The notes: generated from the letters alone by a model not told the origin. DNA of 54,769 bases from an uncultured Candidatus Saccharibacteria bacterium (GCA_964365185.1 CAYIOP010000005.1:1-54769), one strand, 5' to 3'. Shown: positions 28,289 to 39,497, numbered from the stretch's first letter. Numbers and translations: made by a program.

Positions 28289-30028
28289 TTATATTTCAAT
28301 AACAACAGGGAGTATCATCGGGCGGCGTTTGGTTTTAGTATACAAGAATTGACCGATTTGGTCTCGGACTAAGGTTTTAACGTAGTCGGCTTCTAGGGGT
28401 TGGTAATTTGGGAGGCGAGAGATGATAGCGCGGATTTTTTTTCTAACTTCTTCTAAGATTTCCTGATTTTCTTTGATGTAGATAAAGCCGCGAGAGATGA
28501 TGTCTGGGCTTTTAAGTAGGCGGCCGCGTTTTTGGTCTAAAGTGATTATGGCAACCACCATGCCTTCTTGAGCCAGGGTTTTACGATCTCGAAGCACGAC
28601 TTCTTCTACATCGCCGACGCCCAGTCCGTCAACCATTACATAGGAAGCCGGAACATTTTCTTTGGTGATGGTAAAGCTGTCTTTAGTGATTTCCGCCACT
28701 TGGCCGTTATCCATTAAGAAAATATTTTTAGGTGAGATTTTGGTTTCAACGGCGGATTTAGCGTTGATAGAGCGTTTATAAAAATAACCATGAATCGGCA
28801 CAAGAAATTTAGGATTTAGAAGGCGCATAGCCAATTTCAGGTCTTCTTTGGGAGCGTGGCCAGAGGCGTGAATGTCGATGATGTCGGAGGCGTAGATGTT
28901 GGCGCCTTGGCGGGCGAGATTGTCTTTTAAGGTTTGAACACTGCGTTCGTTGCCTGGAATAACCGAAGCGGAAAACATAACTGTGTCGCCAAATTTGATT
29001 TTAATAAAGCGGTGTTCGCCATTGATGATTTTCATAAGAGAGGCGTTTGATTCGCCTTGAGCGCCGGTTGAGAGAATCAAGATTTTGTTATCTCGGTATT
29101 TATGGATTTCTTCAACCGGAATAATAACGCCGGGGCTGGATTTGATAAAACCGAGTCGTTTGGCGATTTCTACATTGGATTTCATTGAGTAGCCGGATAA
29201 AGCGACAACTCGGCCGAGTTTTTCGGCGATTTTAATGACTTCGTTGATGCGAGTTAAAACAGAGGCAAACATGGCGATGATAATTCTGCCTTCGGTGTTT
29301 CCAATTAATTCTTCCAGGTTTTTTTCAACCATGCGTTCGGATTCTGAATGGCCGGGTTTGTCGGCGTTGGTGCTGTCCACTGTAAACATAATAACGCCTT
29401 CTTTGCCGATGCGTTTTAAATCTTCGACATCAGTCGGTTCGCCGTTCAAGTCATTTTCGATTTTAAAGTCGCCCAGGTTTACAATATTGCCGACCGGAGT
29501 TTTTAAGTTGATGGCGACGGATTCGGGAATAGTGTGGGCGATACCAAAGAATTCGGCCTCGAAATTATTGGAAAGTTTTATCTTTTCGCCATTTTTGACC
29601 GTGATGATATTTAACTTTGAACGATTCGGAAAATCTTCCTGACGTTTTTCGATAATAGCTTTAGTAAGCGAAGTGGTGTAGATTGGCGGGTTGCCGATTT
29701 TATTCATAATATAGGGAATAGCGCCGATGTGGTCATAGTGACCGTGGGTGACGAGAAGGGCGTGGATGTTGGCTTTTTTTGATTCTAAATAAGTGGTGTT
29801 CGGGATAATAAAATCAATACCCGGAGTTTCTTCTTCTGGAAATTGAAGACCGGCGTCAATGATGACGATTTCGTTTTGATATTCAAAAAACATCATATTG
29901 CGGCCTATTTCTTCTAAGCCACCTAAGGGAACAAAACGCAACGGAGTTTCTGTTTTCGTTTTTGGTTTTTCGAATTTTGTTTCCTGGATTCTGGTCCGCG
30001 GTTTATGCGGATAAGTTTTTCTTAGCAT
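28289..30028 (-). CDS. rnj: Ribonuclease J (start moved to MLRKT because the upstream frame overlaps a tRNA)
   Basis: PLGGLEEIGRN, THGHYDHIG, GDFK, DSTNA, HASGH, PIHG, RRPMILP. Confidence 0.95.
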   Translation of the reverse strand: MLRKTYPHKPRTRIQETKFEKPKTKTETPLRFVPLGGLEEIGRNMMFFEYQNEIVIIDAGLQFPEEETPGIDFIIPNTTYLESKKANIHALLVTHGHYDHIGAIPYIMNKIGNPPIYTTSLTKAIIEKRQEDFPNRSKLNIITVKNGEKIKLSNNFEAEFFGIAHTIPESVAINLKTPVGNIVNLGDFKIENDLNGEPTDVEDLKRIGKEGVIMFTVDSTNADKPGHSESERMVEKNLEELIGNTEGRIIIAMFASVLTRINEVIKIAEKLGRVVALSGYSMKSNVEIAKRLGFIKSSPGVIIPVEEIHKYRDNKILILSTGAQGESNASLMKIINGEHRFIKIKFGDTVMFSASVIPGNERSVQTLKDNLARQGANIYASDIIDIHASGHAPKEDLKLAMRLLNPKFLVPIHGYFYKRSINAKSAVETKISPKNIFLMDNGQVAEITKDSFTITKENVPASYVMVDGLGVGDVEEVVLRDRKTLAQEGMVVAIITLDQKRGRLLKSPDIISRGFIYIKENQEILEEVRKKIRAIISRLPNYQPLEADYVKTLVRDQIGQFLYTKTKRRPMILPVVIEI

Positions 30029-30105
30029 AAAAGTATAGATACTTTTGGTGTCGTGTGAGTAGGAGAGAGTTTTCGCTACGTTTTTTAATTTGTTGTCGAT
30101 TGAGC

Positions 30106-30191
30106 TGGTGGGCAGGAGAGGATTTGAACCTCCAAGACCTTGCGGTCGCTGACTCCTGAAGCCAGTGCGTCTGCCGTTTCGCCACCTGCCC
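30106..30191 (-). tRNA. tRNA-Leu(CAG)
   Basis: Cloverleaf with long variable arm; anticodon loop TTCAGGA; encoded CCA. Confidence 0.95.
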
Positions 30192-30448
30192 AATTAAAAA
30201 GAATAGATAAAAAAGTTTATCGTTTAAATCAAAAAATCGTTGATATTAATTGAGTTATTCAAGATAAAGTTAAGATAGCTTGAGAAGTCGGAAAGGAGAA
30301 ATTAACTAAGTTGGTTCTATTATAGCTGATTCATTGGGTTTGTCAACTCGGTATTATAAGCGTAATACTAATATACGAATACACACGAATGCTACAAATA
30401 GTATTAGGGTCAACTTGCTTTTTTTGAGGCCTAGTTTAAAATTAAACA

Positions 30449-31126
30449 ATGAGTTTTGAAAGTTTTCCAAAACTTGAAAATCCGAGCGAAGATTTAGAAA
30501 ATAAAGAGGGCGGCGAAAGTTTTCAGGATGAATTTGATAAGGAAGAAGGTTTTTTAACTCGGTTTTCTGGAAAAGCAAAATCCGTGGCGAAGTTGCTAAT
30601 TTTAGCTACGGCGGTTAACTTTGGCGCTTTAGGAGCCGATCGTTTAGAAGCTAAGGATGCGACGGCAGCGGGGAATAAAGATCAAGTTACTGAAACGCAA
30701 AAATCAGAATTCAAAGAAGTTGCGAAAGAAAATTGGGCGACTCAAATCCTCGAAGATTTTAAGTCGGATATGAAAGCAGTGAAAACGCAAGAAGATTTTA
30801 AATGGGCAGCGAGGGATGCTTTCAATCGTTTTAATCAGGAATTTTACTTTCCAGAATATGACGCGAGTGGTAAAAAGATAACTGGGGGCGCCGTGGAACA
30901 AATGAAGATATCTTTGGATACTGAGATGTCGCGAGAAGGGGTGGAAGAAATTACCGGTGCCATCCAAGAATTCCTTGGTATTGTGGAAGAGGGGGATAAA
31001 AAATACGGAACGCAGTATGCCGAAACTTTTGATGACAAACTTGAGTCAATTAAGAAGCATGCCGAGAGACGGTCGTCGGTGGCATTTAAAAAACAACAAG
31101 AAATTTTGAAGCGTTTTATTAAATAG
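30449..31126 (+). CDS. Hypothetical acidic protein with one hydrophobic segment
   Basis: 225-aa ORF; TAAAAT just upstream. Confidence 0.7.
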   Translation: MSFESFPKLENPSEDLENKEGGESFQDEFDKEEGFLTRFSGKAKSVAKLLILATAVNFGALGADRLEAKDATAAGNKDQVTETQKSEFKEVAKENWATQILEDFKSDMKAVKTQEDFKWAARDAFNRFNQEFYFPEYDASGKKITGGAVEQMKISLDTEMSREGVEEITGAIQEFLGIVEEGDKKYGTQYAETFDDKLESIKKHAERRSSVAFKKQQEILKRFIK

Positions 31127-31136
31127 TGCTTAAAAT

Positions 31137-31415
31137 ATGAATCGGCGAGAAATATATAAGAATACAGAGAAGATTTTATTAGATTTTAACTTTACTCAAG
31201 GAGATGTAGATTCCCTTCTTTTGATTTTGGGTACGTTGTCAGACGAGGATCTGAAAAATTTTTTCGACCTCGTTAATTCTGACCCGGAATTTTTGAAACG
31301 GAGCGCTCAAATTTGCTTGTCTAAATGGGAAGCATTGAAAAATCAAGATTTGTTAGGGTTGAAGAAAATTATTGCGGACGAAGAACTATTATTGACTCAG
31401 GTAAAACCGGGATAG
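31137..31415 (+). CDS. Hypothetical small helical protein
   Basis: 92-aa ORF 10 nt after the previous stop. Confidence 0.65.
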   Translation: MNRREIYKNTEKILLDFNFTQGDVDSLLLILGTLSDEDLKNFFDLVNSDPEFLKRSAQICLSKWEALKNQDLLGLKKIIADEELLLTQVKPG

Positions 31416-31465
31416 GGGTTGACTTGTTTTTGGGGTGGATATATAATAGATATTGAAGTGATTTT

Positions 31466-31488
31466 AGAGTCCGCTTTTAGCGGACTTT
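31466..31488 (+). promoter_or_regulatory. Leader hairpin upstream of nusA, resembling the rimP-nusA leader
   Basis: AGAGTCCGC-TTTTA-GCGGACTTT downstream of TTGACT..TATAAT (31419-31448). Confidence 0.45.
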
Positions 31489-31620
31489 ACTTATATTTAG
31501 AGGCGAACTTGCCCTCCAAAATTTTTTGAAGAAAACTTAGGAGGGTAAACGAATAGAAGCGGGGATTTTGTTTAAATCATTAGTATATTAGTATTTAATT
31601 AGTAATCTATAGAAAAATTT

Positions 31621-32829
31621 ATGTTTGACGTTAAAGGCATTAAAAAAATAATCGAGCAGATTGCGGAGGAGAAAGGGATTAATCCGGAACAAGTGGTTGA
31701 GGCGATTGAATCCTCGATTGCAGCGGCTTATAAAAAAGAATACGGAGAAAGGGGTGAAGTAGTTAAAGCTAAGTTGGATATGAAAACCGGCGGGGTGAAT
31801 TTTTGGCGGATTAAGACCGTGGTTGATGAAACAACGGTTAAAATTATCGAAGAGAATGAAGAAGATGTCGCGCTAGATAAATCAGATAAAGAAGAGTTGA
31901 AGTTGCCGCGTTATAACGTCGAAAGACATATTCTTTTAGAAGAAGCCAAAAAAATAAAGCCGGATGCTATCTTGGGCGAAGAGCTAGTTTTTCCTTTAGA
32001 GGTTCATGATGATTTTGGCAGAATCGCGGCTCAAGCGGCTAAGCAGGTGATTTTTCAAAAATTAAGAGGGTCAGAGCGGGATTCGATTTTAAAAGAATGG
32101 CATGAAAGAGAGGGTCAGGTGGTAAGCGGCGTGGTGCAGAGATTTGAGCGGGGGCATGTTTATGTTGATTTAGGGAGAACAGTGGGTGTGATGTTTGCGA
32201 ACGAATCAATTCCTGGAGAGCATTATCGAACTGGGGAGCGACTAAAATTTTTTGTTTTAGCGGTACAAGAAGATACACGAATGCCAGGGGTTATTTTATC
32301 TCGTTCTCACCCCAAGTTTGTAACTAAGCTTTTTGAGATAGAAGTGCCGGAGCTTGCTGAAGGAGTGGTGGAGATAAAAGCGGTGGTGAGAGAACCAGGA
32401 AATAGAACCAAACTGGCGGTGGCATCTTCTTCGGAGGCGGTTGATCCGGTCGGGGCGCTCGTAGGTCAACGTGGGACAAGAGTGATGGTGGTCAATAATG
32501 AGTTGGGGAATGAGAAGATTGATATAATCGAATGGTCAGAGGATGTGGAGAAATTTATTGGTAATTCTCTTTCGCCGGCTAAAGTTAAAGAGGTTGAAAT
32601 TTTGCCAAGACGAGAGGCGAGGGTTTTTGTGCCTGAAGACCAGTTGAGTTTAGCGATTGGGCGGGGAGGACAGAATGTGCGACTGGCGGCGCGGCTTACA
32701 GGTTGGAAAATTGATGTTCGTTCGCAGACGCGACCAGAAGAAGTTCAAGCAGGAGGCGTGGCTGATGCCGGAGTATTAAAAATCGCGGAAGCTAGTGAGG
32801 AACCAATTAAAGAAAAAGAAAATATTTAA
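31621..32829 (+). CDS. nusA: Transcription elongation factor NusA
   Basis: FGRIAAQAAKQV, S1 and KH domains, DPVGALVGQRG, LSLAIGRGGQNVRLA. Confidence 0.98.
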   Translation: MFDVKGIKKIIEQIAEEKGINPEQVVEAIESSIAAAYKKEYGERGEVVKAKLDMKTGGVNFWRIKTVVDETTVKIIEENEEDVALDKSDKEELKLPRYNVERHILLEEAKKIKPDAILGEELVFPLEVHDDFGRIAAQAAKQVIFQKLRGSERDSILKEWHEREGQVVSGVVQRFERGHVYVDLGRTVGVMFANESIPGEHYRTGERLKFFVLAVQEDTRMPGVILSRSHPKFVTKLFEIEVPELAEGVVEIKAVVREPGNRTKLAVASSSEAVDPVGALVGQRGTRVMVVNNELGNEKIDIIEWSEDVEKFIGNSLSPAKVKEVEILPRREARVFVPEDQLSLAIGRGGQNVRLAARLTGWKIDVRSQTRPEEVQAGGVADAGVLKIAEASEEPIKEKENI

Positions 32830-32859
32830 AAGTCGGATTATTAATTTGATTTTTTTAGT

Positions 32860-34815
32860 ATGGATAAATTATTGACTTTTGGTTTGGCGGCAGTAGCCGT
32901 TCTTTTTAGCGTGGTTTTAATAAAGTTGATTAAGAAATTTCCTCCGGGGAATGAGAAGATGTTGGCGATTAGAGACGCCATTAAAGAAGGTTCCAAGAGT
33001 TATCTTCGCCGCCAAAATAAAACCGTTGCCATAGCGGCATTAGTCATCGCAATTATTCTTTTTATAACGTTAGGATGGCTCACGGCCTTAGGGTTTTTGG
33101 CAGGAGCGTTTTTTTCGGCCCTAGCCGGATATTTAGGAATGATGACGGCGGTAGACACTAATTCCCGAACTACGGAGGCGGCGAGAGGCGGAATGGCGCC
33201 GGCTTTTAGAGTGGCTTTTTTAGGCGGATCAGTGACGGGTTTTTTGGTGGTGGGATTAGGGCTCTTTTTAGTGTCTTTGTTTTTTAATTTATTCGACGAC
33301 ACTCGGGCTTTAATCGGACTCGCATTTGGCAGTTCTTTAATTTCTGTTTTTGCGCGACTGGGCGGCGGAATTTTTACTAAAGCCGCGGATGTGGGCACGG
33401 ATTTGGTGGGTAAGGTTGAGGCGGGTATTCCTGAAGATGACCCTCGAAATCCCGGAGTGATTGCGGATAATGTGGGAGATAATGTTGGTGATTGCGCGGG
33501 AATGGCGGCGGATCTTTTTGAGACCTACGCGGTTACGCTTACAGCGGCGATTTTGATTGGCGCTACGGCTTTCTCCGGCGGCCAGGCGGCTTTTCCGCTT
33601 ATCTTAGGGGGTTTGGCGATTTTAGCTTCGATTATCGGCAGTTTTTTTGTGAAATTAGGAAAAAATGGCTCAATTATGGGAGCGCTTTATAAAGGACTTA
33701 TCGTGGCTTTAGTTTTGTCGGCCGTATTTTTCTTTTGGGCAGCTTGGAAATACTTTCCGGATAATTTTGTAGAAGTTTATCTTTCGAGTTTAGTGGGGCT
33801 CGTTGTCACTGTATTGATGGTTTGGGTGACGGATTATTATACTTCAAAAAAATATCGGCCGGTTAAGTCAATCGCAGAGGCGTCGCAATCTGGCCACGGA
33901 ACCAATATTATTTTAGGACTTTCAGTTGGGATGGAGGCGACTTTTATTCCGATTTTAATAATTGTGGCGGGAATATTGGGGGCTTACGCTCTATTTGGTC
34001 TTTATGGTATAGCGATTGCGGCGACCGCTATGCTATCGGTTGCCGGAATTATTGTGGCGATTGATTCTTTTGGGCCGATTACGGACAACGCAGGTGGAAT
34101 TGCGGAGATGACCGAGGCGCCAAAAGAAATTCGGGAAGTTACTGATGCCTTAGATGCTGTTGGCAATACTACTAAAGCCATAACTAAAGGTTATGCAGTG
34201 GCATCCGCCGGGCTCGCGGCGCTAGTTCTTTTTGGTGAGTATTCTCATAGGTTTAAGGATATTGTTTTTGAGATTCAGGATCCGCTCGTTTTAGCCGGAT
34301 TGCTTTTGGGTGCGGCGATACCTTTTTTGTTTGCTTCGATGGCAATGAAAGCCGTGGGTAAAGCAGCGGGTTCGATTGTTGAGGAAATTAGGAGACAATT
34401 TCGAGAGATTAAAGGTTTAATGGAGGGTAGAGCAAAGCCAGAGTACGGACGAGCAGTGGATATTGTGACGCGAGCCGCGCTTAAAGAAATGGTAGTGCCA
34501 GCGCTTTTGCCGATTGTAAGCGTGGTGGCGGTGGGGTTGATTTTGGGACCAAAGGCAGTGGGTGGATTTTTAATCGGCGTGATTATCTCAGGGCTCTTTG
34601 TGGCGATTTCAATGACAGCGGGCGGAGCGGCTTGGGATAATGCCAAGAAATATATCGAAGGCGGGAATTTTGGCGGCAAGGGAAGCGAGGCGCATAAGGC
34701 GGCAGTGACCGGAGACACCGTGGGCGATCCTTATAAAGATACGGCTGGGCCGGCAATTAATCCCTTGATTAAAGTAATAAATATTGTGGCGTTGCTAATG
34801 ATTCCGTTTTTATAA
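32860..34815 (+). CDS. hppA: Membrane-bound pyrophosphatase, K+-independent type
   Basis: [33 protein letters not shown] (Lys indicates K+ independence), [10 protein letters not shown]. Confidence 0.96.
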   Translation: MDKLLTFGLAAVAVLFSVVLIKLIKKFPPGNEKMLAIRDAIKEGSKSYLRRQNKTVAIAALVIAIILFITLGWLTALGFLAGAFFSALAGYLGMMTAVDTNSRTTEAARGGMAPAFRVAFLGGSVTGFLVVGLGLFLVSLFFNLFDDTRALIGLAFGSSLISVFARLGGGIFTKAADVGTDLVGKVEAGIPEDDPRNPGVIADNVGDNVGDCAGMAADLFETYAVTLTAAILIGATAFSGGQAAFPLILGGLAILASIIGSFFVKLGKNGSIMGALYKGLIVALVLSAVFFFWAAWKYFPDNFVEVYLSSLVGLVVTVLMVWVTDYYTSKKYRPVKSIAEASQSGHGTNIILGLSVGMEATFIPILIIVAGILGAYALFGLYGIAIAATAMLSVAGIIVAIDSFGPITDNAGGIAEMTEAPKEIREVTDALDAVGNTTKAITKGYAVASAGLAALVLFGEYSHRFKDIVFEIQDPLVLAGLLLGAAIPFLFASMAMKAVGKAAGSIVEEIRRQFREIKGLMEGRAKPEYGRAVDIVTRAALKEMVVPALLPIVSVVAVGLILGPKAVGGFLIGVIISGLFVAISMTAGGAAWDNAKKYIEGGNFGGKGSEAHKAAVTGDTVGDPYKDTAGPAINPLIKVINIVALLMIPFL

Positions 34816-34817
34816 AT

Positions 34818-34960
34818 TAGCAAGTCGATTTGCTTTTCGGAACCGGCGGTTCAATTATTCCAGCGATAATTGCCCGCCTGCCTCTCGGCATCGCTATTCG
34901 CTTCGCGAAACCGAGCTAGCGATACCTGCGAGAGCTTCCTTAAAACAAATCGGCTTACTA
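34818..34960. repeat. Structured intergenic element, copy 3
   Basis: Imperfect terminal IR; GGAACC, TCCAGC loop (34859-34864), TGCCTCTC, ACCGAGC, GCGAGAGCTTCC. Confidence 0.75.
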
Positions 34961-35014
34961 GAATTTTTAGCTACTTGTCTATTTTTTAAATAGTGATTAG
35001 AATTATTAGAAATT

Positions 35015-35596
35015 ATGAATTTAATTCCAACAGTAATTGAAAAGAGCCAGTATGGAGAGAGGGCGTATGATATTTATTCGCGGCTTTTAAAGGAGCGGAT
35101 AATTTTTTTAGGCGGACCGATTAATGACGTGGTGGCTAATTCCGTGATTGCTCAGCTGTTATTTTTAGAGCATGAGGATGCCAAAAAAGATATTAAGCTG
35201 TATTTAAATAGTCCGGGAGGGTCGGTGACTGCGGGATTGGCGATTTATGATACGATGCAGTATGTGAAACCCGATGTTTCGACGATTTGTGTGGGAATGG
35301 CGGCTTCAATGGGCGCGGTGTTACTTTCGGCCGGAAAAAAGGGCAAAAGATTTTCTTTGCCGAACGCGGAAGTATTATTGCATCAAGTAATGGGAGGCGT
35401 GGAAGGTCAAGCCATTGAAGTGGAAATTACCGCTCGGCATATTATTAAGATTAAAGATAAAATCAATCAGATTTTGGCCAAGCACACTGGCAAGCCAATT
35501 TCTAAAATAGAGAAAGACACAGATAGGGATTTCTATATGACACCGCAAGAGGCAAAAGATTATGGGTTGGTGGATGATATTATTAAGAATAGGTAA
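35015..35596 (+). CDS. clpP: ATP-dependent Clp protease proteolytic subunit
   Basis: [30 protein letters not shown]. Confidence 0.98.
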   Translation: MNLIPTVIEKSQYGERAYDIYSRLLKERIIFLGGPINDVVANSVIAQLLFLEHEDAKKDIKLYLNSPGGSVTAGLAIYDTMQYVKPDVSTICVGMAASMGAVLLSAGKKGKRFSLPNAEVLLHQVMGGVEGQAIEVEITARHIIKIKDKINQILAKHTGKPISKIEKDTDRDFYMTPQEAKDYGLVDDIIKNR

Positions 35597-35699
35597 ATTA
35601 GGTGGCAGGTTATAGGTTGTAGATGATAGGTTAAATAGGAAAAGACCAAGCGAGAGCTCGGTCTTTTGATTTTTGTTGTTTTTTGGCTTCCTCTTTTGA

Positions 35700-36221
35700 T
35701 TATATTGAGGTTGTGACGCCGGTGTTTCCGATTTTAGGAATAGGTATAGGTATAACGAGGATTGTTTCTCCGGCCGGCCGTTGTTTTTTTATCGCTTCGA
35801 GCACAGATACTGAGCTTTTCTTTCTACTGCTTAAACAACCAAGGAAAGTAAGATTGGTAGGGTTTTGGGGTGCGTATATTTGTAAGTCCCCTTCTGGGTC
35901 GAATTCTATCTCTACCTTGGGTTTCCCCTCGGCGAGGTAGATGGAGGTGTCGTGGCGGTTGCGAACTGTGATCGTGCTTTCGGGATATTCTTGTTTGATT
36001 GTATCTGCGGCCGACTTAGCTTCCCAAAGAGATCTCTTTTTATTACTTCGATCAATTGGGATAGATATAACCAAACATTCTGTTTCATTACCAGGTTCTT
36101 GGCGAAATACGCCAAAACAGTTTTTGGGAGTTCGCTGCCTTTTTTTGTCTCCATTCGTGGTTTGATCAAGTTTTGTGAGGCCTTCATTTTGTTTTGCTTT
36201 CGTGTTTCCTACTCGGTGCAT
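35700..36221 (-). CDS. Hypothetical protein
   Basis: GGAGG SD before ATG; hairpin at ~35641-35667 downstream. Confidence 0.5.
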   Translation of the reverse strand: MHRVGNTKAKQNEGLTKLDQTTNGDKKRQRTPKNCFGVFRQEPGNETECLVISIPIDRSNKKRSLWEAKSAADTIKQEYPESTITVRNRHDTSIYLAEGKPKVEIEFDPEGDLQIYAPQNPTNLTFLGCLSSRKKSSVSVLEAIKKQRPAGETILVIPIPIPKIGNTGVTTSI

Positions 36222-36387
36222 CTTATCCTCCTTGGATTAGATGAAAGGTTAAAGGTTTATGTTATGACAAGGAACAGAAATTTATTATATAAAACTGTAG
36301 ATTAAAAAGTCAACTGGGGATTAGTTTGCATGGAATTAAAACTCGGCTTTTAGCGAGGTGGTGGTTGTGATAGAATTGGATTTAATA

Positions 36388-37656
36388 ATGGTTAAAGTTC
36401 TAAATAACAAAACAATTATTGAAGAGGTAATTACGCGTTGGGTTAGTACTATCTATCCTTCAAAGGATAAGTTACGGGAAGCTCTTTTTAACACCAAAAA
36501 GCCTATGCGTATTTATATAGGAGTTGATCCGACTGGATCAGATCTTCATCTTGGGCATCTTACTAACTTTTTAGTAATGAAGCGATTGCAACAACTTGGG
36601 CATAAAGTTATTTTTTTGGTCGGTGATTTTACGGCTATGATTGGTGATCCAACTAATAAATCTGCGATTAGGAAACCATTAACGAGAGAACAGGTTAGAA
36701 AAAATATGAGAACATTTAAAAAACAGGCTTCTCTCATTATTTCTTTTTCTGGTGATAATCCGGCAGAAGTTAGATTTAATTCAGAATGGTATCGAAGCAT
36801 GAGTTTGGATAAGTTTATGGGGGTAGTGGGGTATTTTACTGTTAGAAATATGCTTAATCGGGATATGTTTAAAGAGAGAAGTAAAAATAGGAGCGAGGAA
36901 GAATGGTTAGATGCTGTAGGTCTTAAAGAATTAATTTATCCTCTTTTACAGGGTTATGACGGAGTAGAGATGGATGTTGATATTGAGCTTGGAGGGAATG
37001 ACCAAATTTTCAATATGAGTATTGGTCGTGCCCTGAGGAAGGCTTACAGCGAAAAAGGAGCAGTTCCACAAACTAAGTCGGGTGATAAATTTTTTGTTGC
37101 TACGACCCTTTTGATAAATCCAAGAACAGGCGAGAAGTTAATGAATAAAAGTGATGGAGGGATGATTAATTTGAATGACAAACCAGAAGATATGTTTGGT
37201 AAGGTGATGGCTTTGAATGACGAGGCAATGTTTCAAGTAGCAGAACTATCTTCTGAAATGGATTTGAATGAGGTTAAGGAATTAAAGGAGGGATTAGAAA
37301 AAAGAGAGATGAATCCGCGAGATGTTAAATTTAGAATCGCAGAAGAAGTGGTGAGAACCATTTTTGGCGTCAAGGAAGCGGAAAAAGCGAAAAATAATTT
37401 TGATAAAGTTTTTTCGCGTCATGAGCTGCCGAGCAATTTGCCGAGTTTGAAGTTAAAAAACAAAAAAATTGCGGCGGCGGATTTGGTATTTTTAAGCGGA
37501 GTGGTTAAAAGCAAAACGCAGGCGTGGCGGTTGGTGGAGCAGGGAGCGTTGAGTGTTGAAGGGAAGGTGAAAAATAATCCCAAAGAAATTTTAAATTTAC
37601 GCGGCGGGGAATCGCTTAAAATTGGGAAAAAGAGTTTTTTTAGAGTAGTAGATTAG
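36388..37656 (+). CDS. tyrS: Tyrosine--tRNA ligase
   Basis: YIGVDPTG..LHLGH, YPLLQGYD, GGNDQ, KMSKS variant LMNKS, C-terminal S4 domain. Confidence 0.96.
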   Translation: MVKVLNNKTIIEEVITRWVSTIYPSKDKLREALFNTKKPMRIYIGVDPTGSDLHLGHLTNFLVMKRLQQLGHKVIFLVGDFTAMIGDPTNKSAIRKPLTREQVRKNMRTFKKQASLIISFSGDNPAEVRFNSEWYRSMSLDKFMGVVGYFTVRNMLNRDMFKERSKNRSEEEWLDAVGLKELIYPLLQGYDGVEMDVDIELGGNDQIFNMSIGRALRKAYSEKGAVPQTKSGDKFFVATTLLINPRTGEKLMNKSDGGMINLNDKPEDMFGKVMALNDEAMFQVAELSSEMDLNEVKELKEGLEKREMNPRDVKFRIAEEVVRTIFGVKEAEKAKNNFDKVFSRHELPSNLPSLKLKNKKIAAADLVFLSGVVKSKTQAWRLVEQGALSVEGKVKNNPKEILNLRGGESLKIGKKSFFRVVD

Positions 37657-37700
37657 TATTTCAGTTATATCGAAATCCTTTTTTAATTTGGCTTTTTAAG

Positions 37701-38510
37701 TTATTTATTACTAATGAAATCGTTGTATGTGTAAGTGTTCGAGTGTAGTATTGGTGTGTGGTGACTTAAAATATTGGGTCCTCCCATAATAGCCCAACAC
37801 GGTTCTTTTTCAGCATAATTTTGATAACTAAAGTCCCAAGCAACATCTAATTGATTAGTATCTTGATCTTCTATTCTGACTTGGTATTCAATTTCTTTAG
37901 ATCTTGAAGACGGGGTGATTGCTGCTGGATTAATTGGAAGTACAAATTTAATAATTTTGGGTATGCTGGCCTCTATTATAATTTCCTGTTTTTTTCCCCA
38001 ACCTTTAGAGAAATCTCCGCTGCCTGCTCCTGTTTCTAGCGTGATTTTAGCCTGGCCAGTATAATTTTTACTGTTTAATACGAACGCAGGAATGAGAGCT
38101 TCAATTTTTCCTTCAATATTACGTTCGGCTGTTTCGGAAAAATCACTAATGTTATATCTATCTCCATATTGAACAAGTTGTATTTTACACCGAGCTTGTT
38201 CTGCTTCTTTATTATCCAGATATGGTTTTGATGAATAGTATCCCCAAATTTTTAAAGTTAGAAAACCTAATAAACATAGACCAACCGTAATCGCAATGGA
38301 GATAGTAGTAGATTTTGAACGTTGTTGTGTTTTTCGGAATGTAAAAAAATAACTTAAGCATAAAATTAATGCTATCCCCCAAAGAAAGGGAATGAGTAAA
38401 ATACTCATACCACAAAACCATCCATTACATGTTTGCGCGTCATAATAAATAATTCCTGTTAAAATAAATAATATTCCCAGGACTATTATGTAGAAAGGAT
38501 GAGATTTCAT
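37701..38510 (-). CDS. Hypothetical membrane protein (3 TM plus extracellular domain)
   Basis: Three hydrophobic helices; CNGWFC loop. Confidence 0.7.
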   Translation of the reverse strand: MKSHPFYIIVLGILFILTGIIYYDAQTCNGWFCGMSILLIPFLWGIALILCLSYFFTFRKTQQRSKSTTISIAITVGLCLLGFLTLKIWGYYSSKPYLDNKEAEQARCKIQLVQYGDRYNISDFSETAERNIEGKIEALIPAFVLNSKNYTGQAKITLETGAGSGDFSKGWGKKQEIIIEASIPKIIKFVLPINPAAITPSSRSKEIEYQVRIEDQDTNQLDVAWDFSYQNYAEKEPCWAIMGGPNILSHHTPILHSNTYTYNDFISNK

Positions 38511-38604
38511 TTGGTTGTATTATAACATTTTTTTTTGAGTTAAGCTTCAATGTTTCTATTTATAAATCAAAATAAGATGGCACGAGGGCATCTTATTTTG
38601 TTAC

Positions 38605-38678
38605 TGGAGCGGGTAACGGGAGTCGGACCCGTGTCTCCACCTTGGAAGGGTGGCATAATACCGTTATACGATACCCGC
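38605..38678 (-). tRNA. tRNA-Gly(TCC)
   Basis: GCGGGTA acceptor; loop CTTCCAA; T-loop TCCGACT; encoded CCA. Confidence 0.92.
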
Positions 38679-38773
38679 TTAAAGTCAGTGGATTAAATTT
38701 ATCACTGTTTTTTTTAATTTTCAATTAATCATCTAGCTTGATTATTGGGCTTAAATTTGTTAAAAACATCTAA

Positions 38774-39370
38774 ATGGCGAGCTTATTTAAAAAACCTAAG
38801 ACATACATTTTAGCTTTCATTGTTTTTATAGGCATTTATTTTGCCGCGTCTTTGGTTCAGTCATTTAGCGGCGGAGTGCCGGCGGAATTCTCCGAAGCTC
38901 GACTTCAGGGCGCTTTGATTGCTCAAAATATCGTTAATCTTTCGAATAAATCGGTTAGTAGCTTAGATGAGATTAATCAATTGGATAAGCAGAGAAATTT
39001 TAAGAAAGCGCTAAATTTAGTGACGGACGCCATTGATCAAAGCCAGGAAGTGAGAAATGAAGCGGTTAAATTGTCGGGCGAGCTTGAAAAGATGACATTG
39101 GCGCTCGCGGATTTAAAATCCTTTGAGGCAAGAGAAGCCGCGCTTCAAGGTATTAGCAATCATTTGGCGCTTTTAACACGACTTATTAATTACAGCGGAT
39201 ATTTAACTAATCTTTTGGAAATACTTCGGGGTCGGTTTAGCGGGGATTTGCCTTATAATAATCAAGTAGGAGTTTTGATCAGCCAGATTAATTCTGAGGT
39301 AAACGCCATTAATAGTTTTAATAAACAGGCGGTTCAAGCGATGGAGAGGTTTGATGTTTTGACTAGGTAG
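38774..39370 (+). CDS. Membrane-anchored coiled-coil protein
   Basis: N-terminal TM followed by heptad-rich helices. Confidence 0.75.
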   Translation: MASLFKKPKTYILAFIVFIGIYFAASLVQSFSGGVPAEFSEARLQGALIAQNIVNLSNKSVSSLDEINQLDKQRNFKKALNLVTDAIDQSQEVRNEAVKLSGELEKMTLALADLKSFEAREAALQGISNHLALLTRLINYSGYLTNLLEILRGRFSGDLPYNNQVGVLISQINSEVNAINSFNKQAVQAMERFDVLTR

Positions 39371-39424
39371 ATTAGGTGATAGGTGGCAGGTTATAGAAAA
39401 TAAAAATAGCCATACAGAAAATTT

Positions 39425-39497
39425 GGGCCAGTAGCTTAGGGGTTAAAGCACCGCCCTTATAAGACGGGGATCGATGGTTCGAATCCATCCTGGCCCA
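39425..39497 (+). tRNA. tRNA-Ile(TAT)
   Basis: GGGCCAG/CTGGCCC acceptor; loop CTTATAA; T-arm GATGG-TTCGAAT-CCATC; discriminator A; CCA not encoded. Confidence 0.88.

Noticed and set aside
30029-30193. N-terminal extension of RNase J
   Set aside because: Runs through tRNA-Leu; the real start is more plausibly 30028
8894-34960. Structured elements as HDV/hairpin ribozymes or integron attC sites
   Set aside because: CCAGC has no downstream GCTGG partner as in HDV; hairpin-ribozyme loop B and attC RYYYAAC/GTTRRRY ends are absent
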